In this document: positions 1 through 13,127 of the stretch, one piece after another
Layout of the letters: every line of letters starts with the position of its first letter
Position numbering within the stretch: the stretch's first letter is position 1
Source: Chrysomallon squamiferum
Taxonomy: Eukaryota; Animalia; Mollusca
Direction: 5' to 3'
Length of the DNA stretch: 64,000 bases
Assembly (NCBI GenBank): GCA_012295275.1
Contig: CM022665.1
Coordinates: 2,728,001-2,792,000, forward strand
The notes under the pieces: model-generated
Told to the model about the DNA's origin: nothing
The model's input: only the letters and a program-made list of their open reading frames with translations
The model's database searches: none
Translations under genes and position numbers: made by a program

Positions 1-139
1 CTTTAAAACTACTACCTAGATCTAATGTTAAATATAGAATCTCGCGTCAAAAAGCATGCACGTAGTTTGGTAAATCGTAAAAATAAACGGCACGGCTTCG
101 TTGAAGTACATGCCATCGCAGGTTGTAATAAAAACAAAT

Positions 140-179
<40 letters not shown>

Positions 180-502
180 GAGATTTTGTTTTTGTTTTCA
201 TATTTCTATTCGTTGGCGGCGTAAGACTTGATCGCTGAAAAACAGCGGCTCTATTTTAGCAGGTGCCACAACAAAGCATTATTGATAGCCGTGTACAAAA
301 TAGAAATGCCTCTCTGTTGAGTATTCCTTTCAATGGCCCGCGATGGCTTTGTGATATTTGTAATGTTTATAAACATCGATCTAGATGCTGGTAATGATTT
401 TTATTGTCAGCAGTGTCACCACTAATATTTTCTCTTTAATGTCCACTTATGAAAACGCAGCGAGCAAATCTCGCAAGAGCTATTTAGTCATTTTAAAATA
501 TC

Positions 503-533
<31 letters not shown>

Positions 534-991
534 TTCTATAAATGTTTTGGAAAAAGGATTGGTTGCAGTTTATAGATGAGAGATAACGATTCATTAACAG
601 CTTCGAGATTAAATCAAATTAACTTATTTGTTTCGTGATGTTTTACATAAGTGCACAGGTAAATGTGAAAAATATACAATTGTTTTCTTGCTGTTGCAGT
701 AATGTCACGGTGCAGTGTTAATGGATTCACGATTAAATATGTTTCAAAGAAATTCGTGTTGCATTAGCATGTTTTACTTATTTATGTTTTACATACCCCG
801 CACTTGCTTCATTTGATTAAAAGATCAGTGATATTTCTCTTGTTTTTTTGTTGGTTTTTTTCACGAAAAGTTCACATTTATGCACGTTTTGTATTTATTT
901 CAGAATAATAAATAAGATTTTGACAAGTGATTTTAAAATTAATTTGTTATCTAAAACCACGTATTAGCACTTTTTCTCATAATTTCTTATA

Positions 992-1022
<31 letters not shown>

Positions 1023-1519
1023 AAATATACACTTAGTTTAAAAATAAAAAATAACAATTTTTTAATTTAGATAGATAAACATCCATTCATACTTCAATGC
1101 TTGAATACACGCACAGACACGCACACGTGCAAACTGTGTGCACCACTAACACATCGGCAACGTTTCTGTGTGTAGATCTTAGTACAAATAATATGCATAC
1201 GCACACACGCACGCACACACACACACATAATTGCACACAGGTCTGGAGATTGATTGGTTGATTCAGTTAAATTAAAATAAATCATATTTAACAAATTTAG
1301 TCTGTTAAAAGGATTTTTTGCAGATTAACTTAAAAGCAACACCCGTCAATAATGATACATACATTTCTTTTAATGAACTCCAGGCGAAATAACAAAGAGA
1401 TTATACCAGACTGAGAGAAAAGCTGAATTAATCATTCTGCTTCTTAAAACCAAGACGAAATAATCTCGTATACGCCACAAATAGCTTGAACTGACCCGCT
1501 ATTCATAAACCTTGCCACA

Positions 1520-1785
1520 CATACCTTAAAACTACAAATACTTCACAGATACTTTAAACTATACAAGTACTTTTCAACGACATATATTAAAAACCATAAA
1601 TACCTTAAAACTATAAATACTTTAAAACTACAAATACTCAAAAACTACCAAATACCTTAAAACTACAAATACGTAAACACTACAAATATTTTAAAACTAC
1701 AAATACTTTAAAACTATAAATACCTTAAAATTACAAACATCTTAAAACGACAAATACTTTAGCATTACAAATATCTTAAAACTTA
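1520..1785. repeat. Minisatellite, ~17-bp unit AAATACYTTAAAACTAC
   Basis: Roughly 15 imperfect tandem copies visible by eye. Confidence 0.85.
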
Positions 1786-2149
1786 AATTTCAAATTTAAT
1801 TACATTTATAAACCTTGTTACAAACAATTCCTTTCAGTTTAAAATTGTTCACGAACTTTGATGTACTTTTAATGTTTACAAACCTACCTAAAAAATACTT
1901 ATTTTAAGTTTAATATGTTCTTAAAACCTTGACACAGACAGCAAATTTTGCGTTTAAATGTCGTCGGTGATTAAAATTAATATTTGCTTTCCTAATCCTT
2001 TGGTTCTTTTTCACAAGTCCGTAGTATTTCAGAAATAGTAATGTTTAGAAATGACACGGATTTTAGTCTGATGAAGACTGTTCAAAGACTGATTTACTGT
2101 GTACAGTAATTACTGGGTATTTTTGCATATTTACGTAAGAAGACGATTA

Positions 2150-2187
<38 letters not shown>

Positions 2188-2834
2188 TTTAATAATTTAA
2201 TGATATACATGAATGAATTCAGTTAAACTATTGTAATATTATCTATTAAACTCGAATAAGTAGAACATTTTAATTAGTTACACTGATTATAGATTGTGTA
2301 TTTGGTGCATTTCTGTATGAAAACCGATAGTTGAAAAAAAAATTGATATAACGTACGTGTTACGTATCTACTGTATTCTGTAATCAAATCTTGAAAAATA
2401 AGTTTTAGATTTGTAGAAAGGGGATATCTATCAGACAGACGGAAATCTTCATATAGTGGATTCTCATTTTTAAATGATAAATCGGTGGAACAGAGCAAAA
2501 ATAATTTATGTCCATAAACAAATATCTGCTAGCGTAATTCTGAGTGAGAAATAATATCTCAGATTGAATGAAAGGAAACAGGAAATATTCAGTGAAAAGT
2601 TTTGTAGATTTTTAATTATGTCATAATTCACGTCATCTGTTTTATAACTCGAAAGTATTAGCGACACGAACTTTGATCGTTAATTTATAAATATATAAGT
2701 TTTTCACTCGGACGAAGCATGTTTCAGTGAGATCAATCATTAGCGACTGTCGTTTGAATAAATGTAGCCGTTCTAACTCATTAGCGACTAATGAGTTAGT
2801 CTTTAAACTCATTTCAATTATCTTTCAGCAATAA

Positions 2835-2869
<35 letters not shown>

Positions 2870-4063
2870 ATTTCATTACACAAGTCTCAAATTAAGGAAG
2901 CCTTTCAAGTTGTTGTTTTAGTTTGTTTAAATTTTATTTTATTTTATTTTATTTTGGTGGGGTTTCTTTGATTTTAAATATTAAAAAATAAAAAATAAAT
3001 ATATATAAAAATGATCACAATAGATGATCTGGTATGTCAAATTTGTTCACAAGAAAATAAGTGAGCAACATTTAATTCTGAGCCTTAAAGAAACATTTTT
3101 TTTTTTTTTTTTTTAAATGGTGTCAGTCATACTGATATTTAGTTCATTTAGTTTCGTACTGAATAAAATAATCATTCAAACTGAAGACAGATTCTCGTTA
3201 ATCAAACGCGTTTTTATTTGTACGAGAAATAAGAAAAGACAAGAATGAACGAGACACGTCAGTCCGGAAGTACGTATGATTCGGGAAATAGAACAAGACA
3301 GTGGAAGTCTCAACTTGAAAAAAAAAAAAAAAAAAAATATAATGAAGCATAGAATCACGAAGTACTCAGATTCAATTCTTTTATTCGTATAGTATTACAG
3401 CGATGTGAAAAATACATCCAGAATCACTTATAGTAGAAATATTACATGATATTTCGAATCTTTAGTATTTAAGCTCTTTCGGTAACCTGTAATGTTTGGT
3501 TTAGTTTCCTTTATTTATTTATTCTTTCATTCATTCATCCATTCTTTCATTCATTCGTTATTATTATTTATTTATTTATTTTAAACAGGGAACTAATACT
3601 TCAGAGTAAATGATTGTTAGAAATATTTTAGAATTAATATTCTGATGTAAGTACGTTTTTATGCTAAAAACAAAGTGAGTAATATTTAAATATAAAAAAA
3701 ATTTAAAATAAAAAAAACGGAATTGTTTTTTTTTTTTTATAAAATAATGAAATAGATTAGTCTTTTATTCTTTTAGAAAAATATTATGCACATATTGAAA
3801 GTTAATGCTAAAATATCAAGTTTTAATATTTGCAGGTCGTTTGAACATAGAAAGCTGGGTTGGTTTCTTTAACATGTTATGTCATTAATGCGAACGAAGT
3901 AAAAATGAAAGTGTTCAGTTTCTTCTATAAATATATATTAATATAACATATAAATAAGAAAAATGAATATAGTTAATGTATCTCCCAGTTTAACGATTAA
4001 CATTCTTTATTTTCAAAAGACACAATTTTCTTTACTTTCGCGATCCTGACAGTATGCTTCTCA

Positions 4064-4156
4064 TCAACTCCGCCGACAAATTGAGCATGCGCAGCTACGA
4101 GCAGACTTGAACACAACTTCCCGGAAGCCATCAATACACCGAACTCGAATTTTAAC
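4064..4156 (-). CDS. GPHA2: GPA2 coding exon 3 (terminal)
   Basis: aacag|GTT acceptor; encodes VKIRVRCIDGFREVVFKSARSCACSICRRS followed by TGA TGA. Confidence 0.95.
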   Translation of the reverse strand, partial: VKIRVRCIDGFREVVFKSARSCACSICRRS

Positions 4157-4163
4157 CTGTTAA

Positions 4164-4218
<55 letters not shown>

Positions 4219-5311
4219 TTAATAATAATGACAACAACAACAACAACAAAAACAACAGCAAACAAACAAAAAAATCTCCGTTTCCTACAACTACAGTTAA
4301 AAAGCCAAAACAATGGATAGGCTTACGATCAATAAAATAACTAAATAATAAATTTATACAGATATTCGATTTTATAGAAGTGGCAAGCGTTTTCTCATTT
4401 TCTTTTAGATGGGAATAATTAATTTCTAACGCAGTTAACTATAAGACTTAACTGTCGCCTTAAGTGTATTTCCTAATACACTACTACCATTTCTACAACA
4501 ACTACTACTACTACTAATGATAAAAATAATATTAATAACTATATCTGGACAAATGAGACGTAACTATTTACAGTTAGACATTTTTTTGCGATGTACTCTC
4601 GCAGATTATGCTGTTAACAGCCAGTCTGATCTAACAGTTAGTGTGATAAAGAGATACATTACGTTTAATAATTAATTACCAGTGCACGTTTTAAACATGG
4701 AAGGACAAGACGGCAGATGGCCGGTGTAGTTGATTTGCTATTAATGGGGGTCACAAAATGGTCAGTTCATCTCAGACGCTGTAGTTCACCAGTAATGAGA
4801 AATAGGCGACAAGTTTTGGCCACCGAAAAATTAATCGTTAAGAGATTCGTCGGTTCTCACAGATATGGGGACTTTGAGACGGGTCACACAAGTGTAGAAT
4901 ATTTAATTTTTTTTCGTGGTTATATATATGTTATATGTAGCTAAAAATCATGCAGGTGATGTGAGAGAATACTCAGTACCGCCGTCAATATTAAGACATT
5001 TGTTTTATTTTTTTATTATTATTTTTTTTTATTATTATTATTATTTTAAATTACTTGATAAATGAACAGTTCAGATAACTAAATAGTGCTAATGGAAAAC
5101 AGAAAAAACAAAACAACAACAACAACAACAAACAAAAAAGAGAACAAACAAACAAAACCCCCAAAACCAAACGGAACAAAACAAACATAAGGATTTATAA
5201 ACACATTTGACAAACTGAAACGTGGACAAACAGGTGAAGACAGAAAGAAGAAAAACAAAAACAGCTAGATATAAAGATAGAAGAATGTAGAGATATTGAG
5301 ATAAATAAGTG

Positions 5312-5376
<65 letters not shown>

Positions 5377-8300
5377 TAACGAAACCTATCAACACTAATT
5401 TCAGTACACGTGTTAAGACTGTCTTACGTCATGTGTTTCGTCAATGCTGCAGCATTCTGCTCGAGACGTGATGATGTGGCTAGGATTGGCGTCACGCGTG
5501 TTGCTAGGAGACGGATATGCCCAGGACAAGCAGTAACCTCGACAAGCGTTAGTCGTCACGTGGAAAGCCACACAACCTGGAATCTGAACTGTCCGTGTGT
5601 GTCCTGGATAATAAATAAAATAAAATAAAATAAAATAAAATAAAATAAAATAAAACAAAACAAAAAAATAAAATAAAATAAAATAAAATAAAATAAAATA
5701 AAACAAAACAAAACAACGTTTTATACCAGCTTAGTAAAATACACCTGTGCTGGAAAAAATGCTTCACTATAATTATCAATATATAAATATTTCTTATAAT
5801 AATTTCATTATCCGCCAAGTACTATCTTTAACATATTTAGTCACCTTGGTTAGACTAATCTATACCTACGGGCCCTCCCCCCAATCCCCCACTTTACCAC
5901 AGTTTCGAACGACTTCAGTTGCAAAACTGCAAAAGATATGTGAAGTAAAATTTACTGAAAAGATCAATATGTCAACGTAAAAAACACTAAAAATGTCAAC
6001 CATACAACATCCGATAATAACGCAGTTTTGATTGAGTGATGTCGGGATCAAAAGATAAATAAATAAAGAAAGCGTTTAACTTCATGGACAACATCTAGAG
6101 CACACGGAGACTGACTTAAGTTCAATAACAAGTCAGGGGCCATGTTCCCAAAGATATATCTGTTATTAGACCACAACGACGTCGTAAAATAGCGCGGCAA
6201 CAAACTGACTGAGCGTCCGATTATCAGTCTGTAGTTTTCTTTTTGGTACTACGTCGTTTGAAGTGTGTCGTAATAAAAGGAATCACCGTGTCGTTATTTT
6301 ACTACCAGTGCAGCCCACATTTCGTGCTCGGACGTAATCTGAACAAGGTAGCTAAAGTTGTTTAGCAAGTAAGCACAGCCGACAAACACCATGAATTTGA
6401 TCCAAAACGACCGATCAGAACTGGAAGCATTAGTAAATGTTGATAACGAGCATATGCCGAGCTGAGTGACTGCATAGCAAAAAAAAAAAAAAAAAAAATA
6501 ATATATAATAATAATAAAATAAATAATAATAAATAAATAAAAAGAACTGCTGGGTTTTCAGTTACTACTAGTGTGAATGCCAAAACGCGTAGCGTGACGA
6601 AATTCGACGAAAAAACAACAACCGCGAAGAACAGCTCAAAAGGAATATGAGAGGAGGCCGCCAACAGTGAATGATAAAGTTGTAGCTATCATCGGGGAGA
6701 CCGCCATAGAGGGAATAGCAGCTGGAATCAATAGTCCGCTGCATGTACGTCTAATGTCCTCATCTTCACCTGCGAAATATGGCAGTAAGAGCAATTGTGC
6801 AGAAAAAATGCCGAAAAAATGTGCACCTGAAGAACCCTCTTTCCTGAGGTGATGTTCTAACGTAAGCGGAACACAAGCTACGGAAAGTAGCAAGTTACGC
6901 ATTAGGTTGTCCAGTCCTAAGACATCCTATGGAAGGTATAATATTAGCCATTTTGACAGTTGTTATAAATTAAACATTATACTGAAGTATAATAAGATAT
7001 GTTCTTTGTACGGCTTCAGTGAAATTTGTAAACGCAATTTTCTGTCACAACACTACGAGAGTTACGAAAAGATTACGCAAAGGTGTAGCGTCGACACCAA
7101 TATCGCCTGATTACAGTGATCTCGCTCGCGAGCTTGTACAAATCATCCGTTAAAAAAACGTCGCCTGCAAGTGAAAGAGAAGCCACTATTGAAGCTGACA
7201 TCTGCAATAAAAAAACAAAATAGTAATGAAAGTGTAATACAAAATTATATCAGTCGCTTTTTCAGTTATAATCTAAACAGAACCCTGTTTCGAACTGACT
7301 GCATTCCAGTTATAACATGACATTAAATAATATAATTATTACCTTAGTTGTTAAAATGTGTTTATTAAAGCTGATGTCTTCTAGCAGCTCCAACCCATAG
7401 ACGCTGATGGTCAATGGCACAATGTTCACCACCCTCATCTACTTCGTCAGCTTCCCCGTCACCATTTCCTGGATATGTGTCATTTCTTTGCACATGTTTT
7501 CAAGTCAGGAGTAGCGACTTACTGACATCTGTCAGAACAAATATAATTCAAGCGCTTGTTTTTTGAAGATACCGCTAGTGAGACTTCTACACACCGAAGC
7601 ATCTTTCACAAGATCATCGAGTAGTTTTGGATCATCTGCTGTAGGGGCTCTCCTGCCTAGTGTCTTTGGGACTGGAGTCATCGATCATGGCTTTTCTGAG
7701 TTTGAAGAATCTCCTAAAGCTGCCCATTCTTAAACTGTTGCGAAAGGTCACAATTTCTCCAAATTAGTTCATGCTGCGTGGCATCGGGCCTTTTTGCGAC
7801 TACGTCTAAAAAAATGCATCTTAGGCTGATAGCGTGTATTGCATACTGACTGCATGGTAACGTGTGAACAGAAGTACAAATGCTCGTCAACTGAGGGGCC
7901 TTAGGTAGGGATCAGGTTGCCGTCCAAAGCTCCAAGTAAATATGTGAAATCAGCCAAGTCGTAGAAATCCTTGTTAACAGATCCTATTTCGTTCAATATT
8001 TTCACGAGGAAATGTAATATGGACTTCAACCTTACCCTTGGGACAGTCTGATGTCTCCTTTATTTCCTATACTCCAATAATGGCACCAATGCAATTCAGA
8101 AGTCTGCAGTATGTGCAATACCGTCATACTTGGTTACGACAGACCTTTAATAAACGACATTGTTAACAGTAGTGTTGGACCTATTTTTAATATAGCGATA
8201 CTGAATACTAACGACATTCAATAAAGACACCTTCGAGATTATGAACATTCTGTCAGCGGCACGTTAACGATATCTTGGTACATAACGACAGCTTCGGGAA

Positions 8301-11300
8301 CTTAACTCCAGAGTGTGACCATCACTTACCTCAGTGACCTATGACACGCATCGCTGACGACGTCATTATCAGGAAGCGATTCCGCAGATGCAAAGAACTG
8401 GTCATCAAATTGGGGGGGGTTGTCATTTTTGGGGTTTCTCTGTTCTTGGCCTTTCTAATATTTGCCTATTGAATCAAGTTGGTTACAGCAACATGGGAAC
8501 AACTGAAGATTATTTTGATAAAGACGTAGGTAGCTATTATCTGTATCACATTCACGCTTGTTCGCGTCATTATATGTCATTATGTGGATGTGTGACACGA
8601 CGTCTAAACATTTTTTTTTTTAATTACGCTAGGTTTACGTGCTTTTCATTCTTTTCTTCTTCTTCTTTTTTTTTTTTTTTTTTTCATATTCCCCCAAAAC
8701 ATGCTGCGTTTGGGCTATGTGTTTTACACTGAGTTTCAAGATGTGTTTCGATTTTTCTGAAATTTCAGTTTTATTATGGTAATGTTTTTGTTGTTTTTTT
8801 GGCCGTGGGTGCACAGAGGCTGAGCTTTATAAAAAAAATTAATAGGTAAGAGGTGTGATCGTCAGTTTAACGTAAGACTTCCACTAACAAGGAAAAACAG
8901 AAGACTAGTCAACTGAAAATACTTTAATTGGCAATTATAAGCTGGACAGCAGTCTACAATCGATCAGTTTTACGTGCTTCCCAGTCAAGCCTTTTGTTTG
9001 ACGGATACATCGAGTGCTCAGAATATAAAATATGCCGAGAGATATGAAAATAGGTTTACCTTTTCCACATGCTATACTTGTAAACTGTAAAATGAACAAA
9101 TTTCAATATATACTAAAGACGTATTTCTTGATAAAAGCATAAATTATGAAACTGTGAAAGAAAGATCATTATAAAATTATTTTGCAGCCTTTGTCAGTCT
9201 AAATCACCGCATTTCGGATACGTCATATATATGGCTGGATTAGAAAAGAAACCCATGAGCCTTAATGTTACAACCCGCCGTTATTCATTATAATGAATAT
9301 TATTCAATGTCCTTTTAAAATGTAAATTAAGTCTACATGAAAATATCCAATGTATTCTGTCAGTTACAATATAATTATTAGGTTGATTGAATCTGCAAAT
9401 GCATTTAATTAAAACCACAAACAATTTAAGCTAACTTCTCTAACTGTTCTTAAACTCTGTCGTCTAAGTGAAAAATTCATCAGATGGTTATGTTCAGTAA
9501 TCGTGGTATCAGTAATGTGTTGTTGTTTTTTTTAACGCTTTCTTTAATAATGTATTCATCTTCTCCCGCTGTTTTACTGACTCGGGTATTTCTTACTGTA
9601 AAAGGTTTTTTAATATTTTATTAGCAGTTTCTTGTTACTGCGTCGTCGAATCAGCAGGATACGAAGAAACAGTTGTTGTAAACACTTACAACTTTTCACA
9701 ACAATTCATAATTAATAATACCTTTTAGAGCCTCAGTTTCTTCATAAAAACAACATTTAGTACTAATACTTTTTTTTAGGTGGTTCATAATTAATAACTA
9801 GATGCATAATTTATACGTGATAATATTGGCGAATATGACAATAATCATAATAAGTTTTTGGTTTTTTTTTATCCCGCTCATAATTTCTAAAAAGAATACT
9901 TTACTGATATCAGTAATGATTAAAAATAAGTTAATTATTTTATACATTTTGTAATTCGTGAATGCTTTTAAAATTTTGTTTTGTGTTGTTACCATTACGT
10001 AATGGTCTCAGAAAGCTAAACAAATCACATGACATAACAGGAAGTATTTTCGATTTGATATTTTTTAGAATTCTTCTCTTTTTTATTCAGAATGTTTTTG
10101 TCACTGCTCCTCTCTCTCTCTCTCTCTTTTTTTTTCTTCTTCTCCTTTTTTTCTCACGCACAACAAGGGCAGATAGTTTTCTATATATATTTTTTTCTTC
10201 TGACATCCATTAACAGGGAAAACTGTTAACTACATTTTTTTTCTCTTTTTTTTTGGATGCAGATTCGAGAGTAGGCGGTTATTTTTATTATTATTATTTT
10301 TAAAAAAATGTATTTGATTTTTTAATGTCTTTTCCAAATCCATTATTTATTATTATTATTATTATTAATTTTTTTTTTTTAACGTATTGAGTTTTTATTA
10401 TTATTATTATTATCATTTTTTTTTTTTTTTTTTTTTTCCCATACATATCACAGTTATCAGTTTTAAAATATAGTGAAGTCATTTCTGTCAGTACTTGGAC
10501 TTTTAGAAGCCGTATCCAATTTGACATGTGACTTGTAACATTACGTTCTATACTCGGTTTTAAATAGAATCCTCGTTCGTTATTTCAGATCGTAGAGACG
10601 GACAGCTTGTACAAAGAACGTGATTTAACAGTCTTCTTTGAGGGCATCAACACAGAGAGAGCCGGGTGGTCTCCAATTAAGACAGAATAAATGAGATCAT
10701 AATTACGACGCTGCGGAAACATATCTTTTCACCTGTCGATCGACCAACATGTACACCGTAGGTTTCATTGTTGACGCGGCTAGGAAAGCCTGTACTAATA
10801 GTAATAAACTGCAGCTTATTTCCTCCTTCAATTATGACCTAGAGCGAAAGAAAGCCTACAGAATTTGTTCAGTTTCACATCCGTCTGGGCTTACAGTCAA
10901 CTTATAATCACTATGTTTAACAACAGAGTGAACGTCGCGTTGTTTGAATTATTATTACTACTGTTACTACTGTTACTACTACTACTACTACTACTACTGC
11001 TACTACTACCACTATTATATTATTTATTGTTATTTTTATATCTACAAAACTCAAAAAATTATAAAGGATAAAACAGAAAAGTATAATAATTAAATAATAA
11101 ATATCTATTTTAAAATTGTGGGTATGATAGTTCAGAAGACAGCTGAGTGTGAGTCAAAACGTCTGCGCAAGATGTTTCGTGTACAACAAATAATTAGTTC
11201 ATCTCGTTTACTAATTAGACTATTTCATTCACCGGCAACTGAGTACATTTAACAAATATAACACAAATCTGACTGCCATGAAATTAAGAACTGAGAAAAT

Positions 11301-11933
11301 CGGCTTCAGATTTATTTGATTTATCTTTGTCATCATTTATCAATTACCCCGTCTATGAGGAAAGTTTGGAGTTTCTGCCTACGAAATGACGTCATCATAA
11401 AAAGGCAAAAGTAATCTTCATTACGTTCTCACCAATTTATTATTTTATTGTTATACTTTATTAGTAATAAAGTCTGGATACTAGCACAAATTAAACAATA
11501 TATTGAAGGTATACACAACGTTTTTCTGTATGACTTCTGTGTTATATGTTATCTTTATAACACACTCTCGTTCTGTTAACGAACATAAGCATTCAAAGTA
11601 AGTAGTGTAATATTATATTTCATGTCAGTGTACTTTTCTTTTCTTTTCTTTATTATTATTTTTAATTAATTTTCAGGTTGGGTAGGTGGAGTGGGTGTAT
11701 TTGTATTGTTTATCACTAAACCTGTTTTTATATTAATAATAAAATTTTTTAAAAAAAGGTACGGTATTCCGTATCGCATTTCATGCATTTTTTAAACAAA
11801 CAGATGAATGGGACTTACCTAGTCTGTGACATCCGGGTCTTTCCCATACGTGTCTGGAGTGCGTTACCATGGTGAGCACGGACAGCGTTAAAAGAACGTA
11901 AACCAACGCGTGTCTGGTGATGATCAATGACAT
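4064..11933 (-). CDS. GPHA2: Glycoprotein hormone alpha-2 (GPA2/thyrostimulin alpha), complete; join(11819..11933, 5428..5603, 4064..4156)
   Basis: Spliced translation: MSLIITRHALVYVLLTLSVLTMVTHSRHVWERPGCHRLGHTRTVQIPGCVAFHVTTNACRGYCLSWAYPSPSNTRDANPSHIITSRAECCSIDETHDVKIRVRCIDGFREVVFKSARSCACSICRRS* (127 aa). It has a hydrophobic signal peptide, 10 Cys, and the invertebrate GPA2 cystine-knot motifs WERPGCH, NACRGYC, ECC and FKSAxxCxCxxC. Both introns are GT-AG with matching phases (1, 0). Confidence 0.95.
5314..5372. repeat. (GA)n microsatellite
   Basis: Seen directly. Confidence 0.95.
5428..5603 (-). CDS. GPHA2: GPA2 coding exon 2
   Basis: ccag|GA phase-1 acceptor; encodes GHTRTVQIPGC...ECCSIDETHD; GAC|gtaaga donor. 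Confidence 0.95.
6137..8308. mobile_element. Degenerate PIF/Harbinger DNA transposon inside a GPA2 intron
   Basis: Left end GGGCCATGTTCCCAAAG (6137-6153) matches the reverse complement of the right end, GAGTTAAGTTCCCGAAG (8292-8308), at 12/17. CAG flanks both ends (6134-6136, 8309-8311), fitting a 3-bp CWG target duplication. It contains a transposase relic. Confidence 0.8.
7470..8030 (-). pseudogene. Decayed Harbinger (HARBI1-like, DDE_Tnp_4) transposase
   Basis: Minus-strand fragments in the family's order, with stops and frameshifts: HITFP; KDFYDLADFTYLLGALDGNLIPT*GPSVDEHLY; YHAVSMQ; LDVVAKRPDATQHELIW; LGDSSNSEKP*SMTP; TTR...ERCFGV*KS. These correspond to the family motifs GAIDGTHI, YHSINVQ, VARWPGSxHD, LGDSGY and IERxFGxLK. 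Confidence 0.85.
11819..11933 (-). CDS. GPHA2: GPA2 coding exon 1 (signal peptide to GCHRL)
   Basis: ATG in aaaacaATG context at 11933. Donor G|gtaagt at 11818. The exon's acceptor (ttttcag) is at 12045-12046, so the exon also carries 5'UTR up to 12044. Confidence 0.93.
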
Positions 11934-13047
11934 TGTTTTAAACTGTACAAAATGGATGGCTCAGGTTTTTAAAAATGTTTCGTTAATGAGAGAGGATTGT
12001 CTATTGAACAAGACACGTTTGTCTTTCCGAAGTCTCGCTGGATTCTGAAAACAAAGATAACAGTTCTTCTGCAAATGTTGTTAACAGCGGCGAAACATGT
12101 TATTTTAATGGTATAAGTGGCACGACAAACAAAGCTAAAACAAACACGTAGTGCATTAGTATAACGTTAACCCATAATAAAAGCTTTCCACCTCCATTGT
12201 AATTTCTAACAATAAATTATTTCTGTTAACAATAATCGATATCTCAAGATCAGAGAATTATATATAAAAATAGTATAAATCTGTAATGTGATCTTATTAA
12301 TAAATGAAATGATACACAGTAATATTATATTCAGCATATTCGTAATTGCTTTAATTTAAATAAATCCACCATATCACACATTAATGATGTAATAAGGAAT
12401 TTTTTTTTTTTTTTTAAATTGTTTTTACTGTTATTTTTTCCTACGATATTATTATTTTCAAGCACGGCACAAAAAATATTCATCTTCAGCGGGCAGACAA
12501 GAAAGATATCAAATTGTTGAAACACATACTGTAAATCTAGTATTGCGTCGTTTTTCATTAGCAGAAATATTGATTTTAAGTACTCTGATAACTTTCACAT
12601 CATAACACCAATCAATCTGATAACACTTTTTATTTATCGTTTTTCTTAACTGTTTTCTGCGTTCACGTCACGAACTACGATCCTCTCCTCAAATAAATCA
12701 GTTAAAATTCAGTTAACGATTATTCTACGATTTTATTTGTATAGCTGAACTGAACTAAAATTACAATAAGTTTCCACAAGCTAAAGATAGGTTACAGCGA
12801 GACAGTAGAAAATAATTATATTGAATTAATATTGAGAAATGATTACACTGTTATATAATGTTACAGACAATATTTGAAATTTCTGTGTTTCTCAAATTAA
12901 TCTGCTTGCTGAGTGTAGAGTGTTATTGTTAAACTCAGTTATTTCTTTGAAACCTATTTGCTCAATTCATGATTTCTTTAAAATGAGTTATCTGTTTTTG
13001 TTTTTGTATTTGTTAAGATGATTGAGTGTGTAATCGAAATATGTCAC

Positions 13048-13050
<3 letters not shown>

Positions 13051-13124
<74 letters not shown>
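13051..13124. repeat. (GA)n microsatellite
   Basis: Seen directly. Confidence 0.95.

Positions 13125-13127
<3 letters not shown>

Noticed and set aside
1-4000. Search for GPB5 exons downstream of GPA2
   Set aside because: I found no Cys-rich beta-subunit motifs on either strand by eye.
4061-4066. Tandem TGA TGA at the GPA2 end as possible selenocysteine or readthrough
   Set aside because: The protein is already complete at the family's normal C-terminus, and I saw no SECIS-like structure.
4690-4990. GC-richer stretch and ORF 4717..4944 in the last GPA2 intron
   Set aside because: GPA2 is complete without it, and it shows no recognisable homology or consistent splice signals.
6362-6902. ORFs 6362..6664(-), 6636..6902(-) and 6667..6852(+) as host genes
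   Set aside because: They lie inside the Harbinger fossil and show no recognisable intact domain or splice structure.
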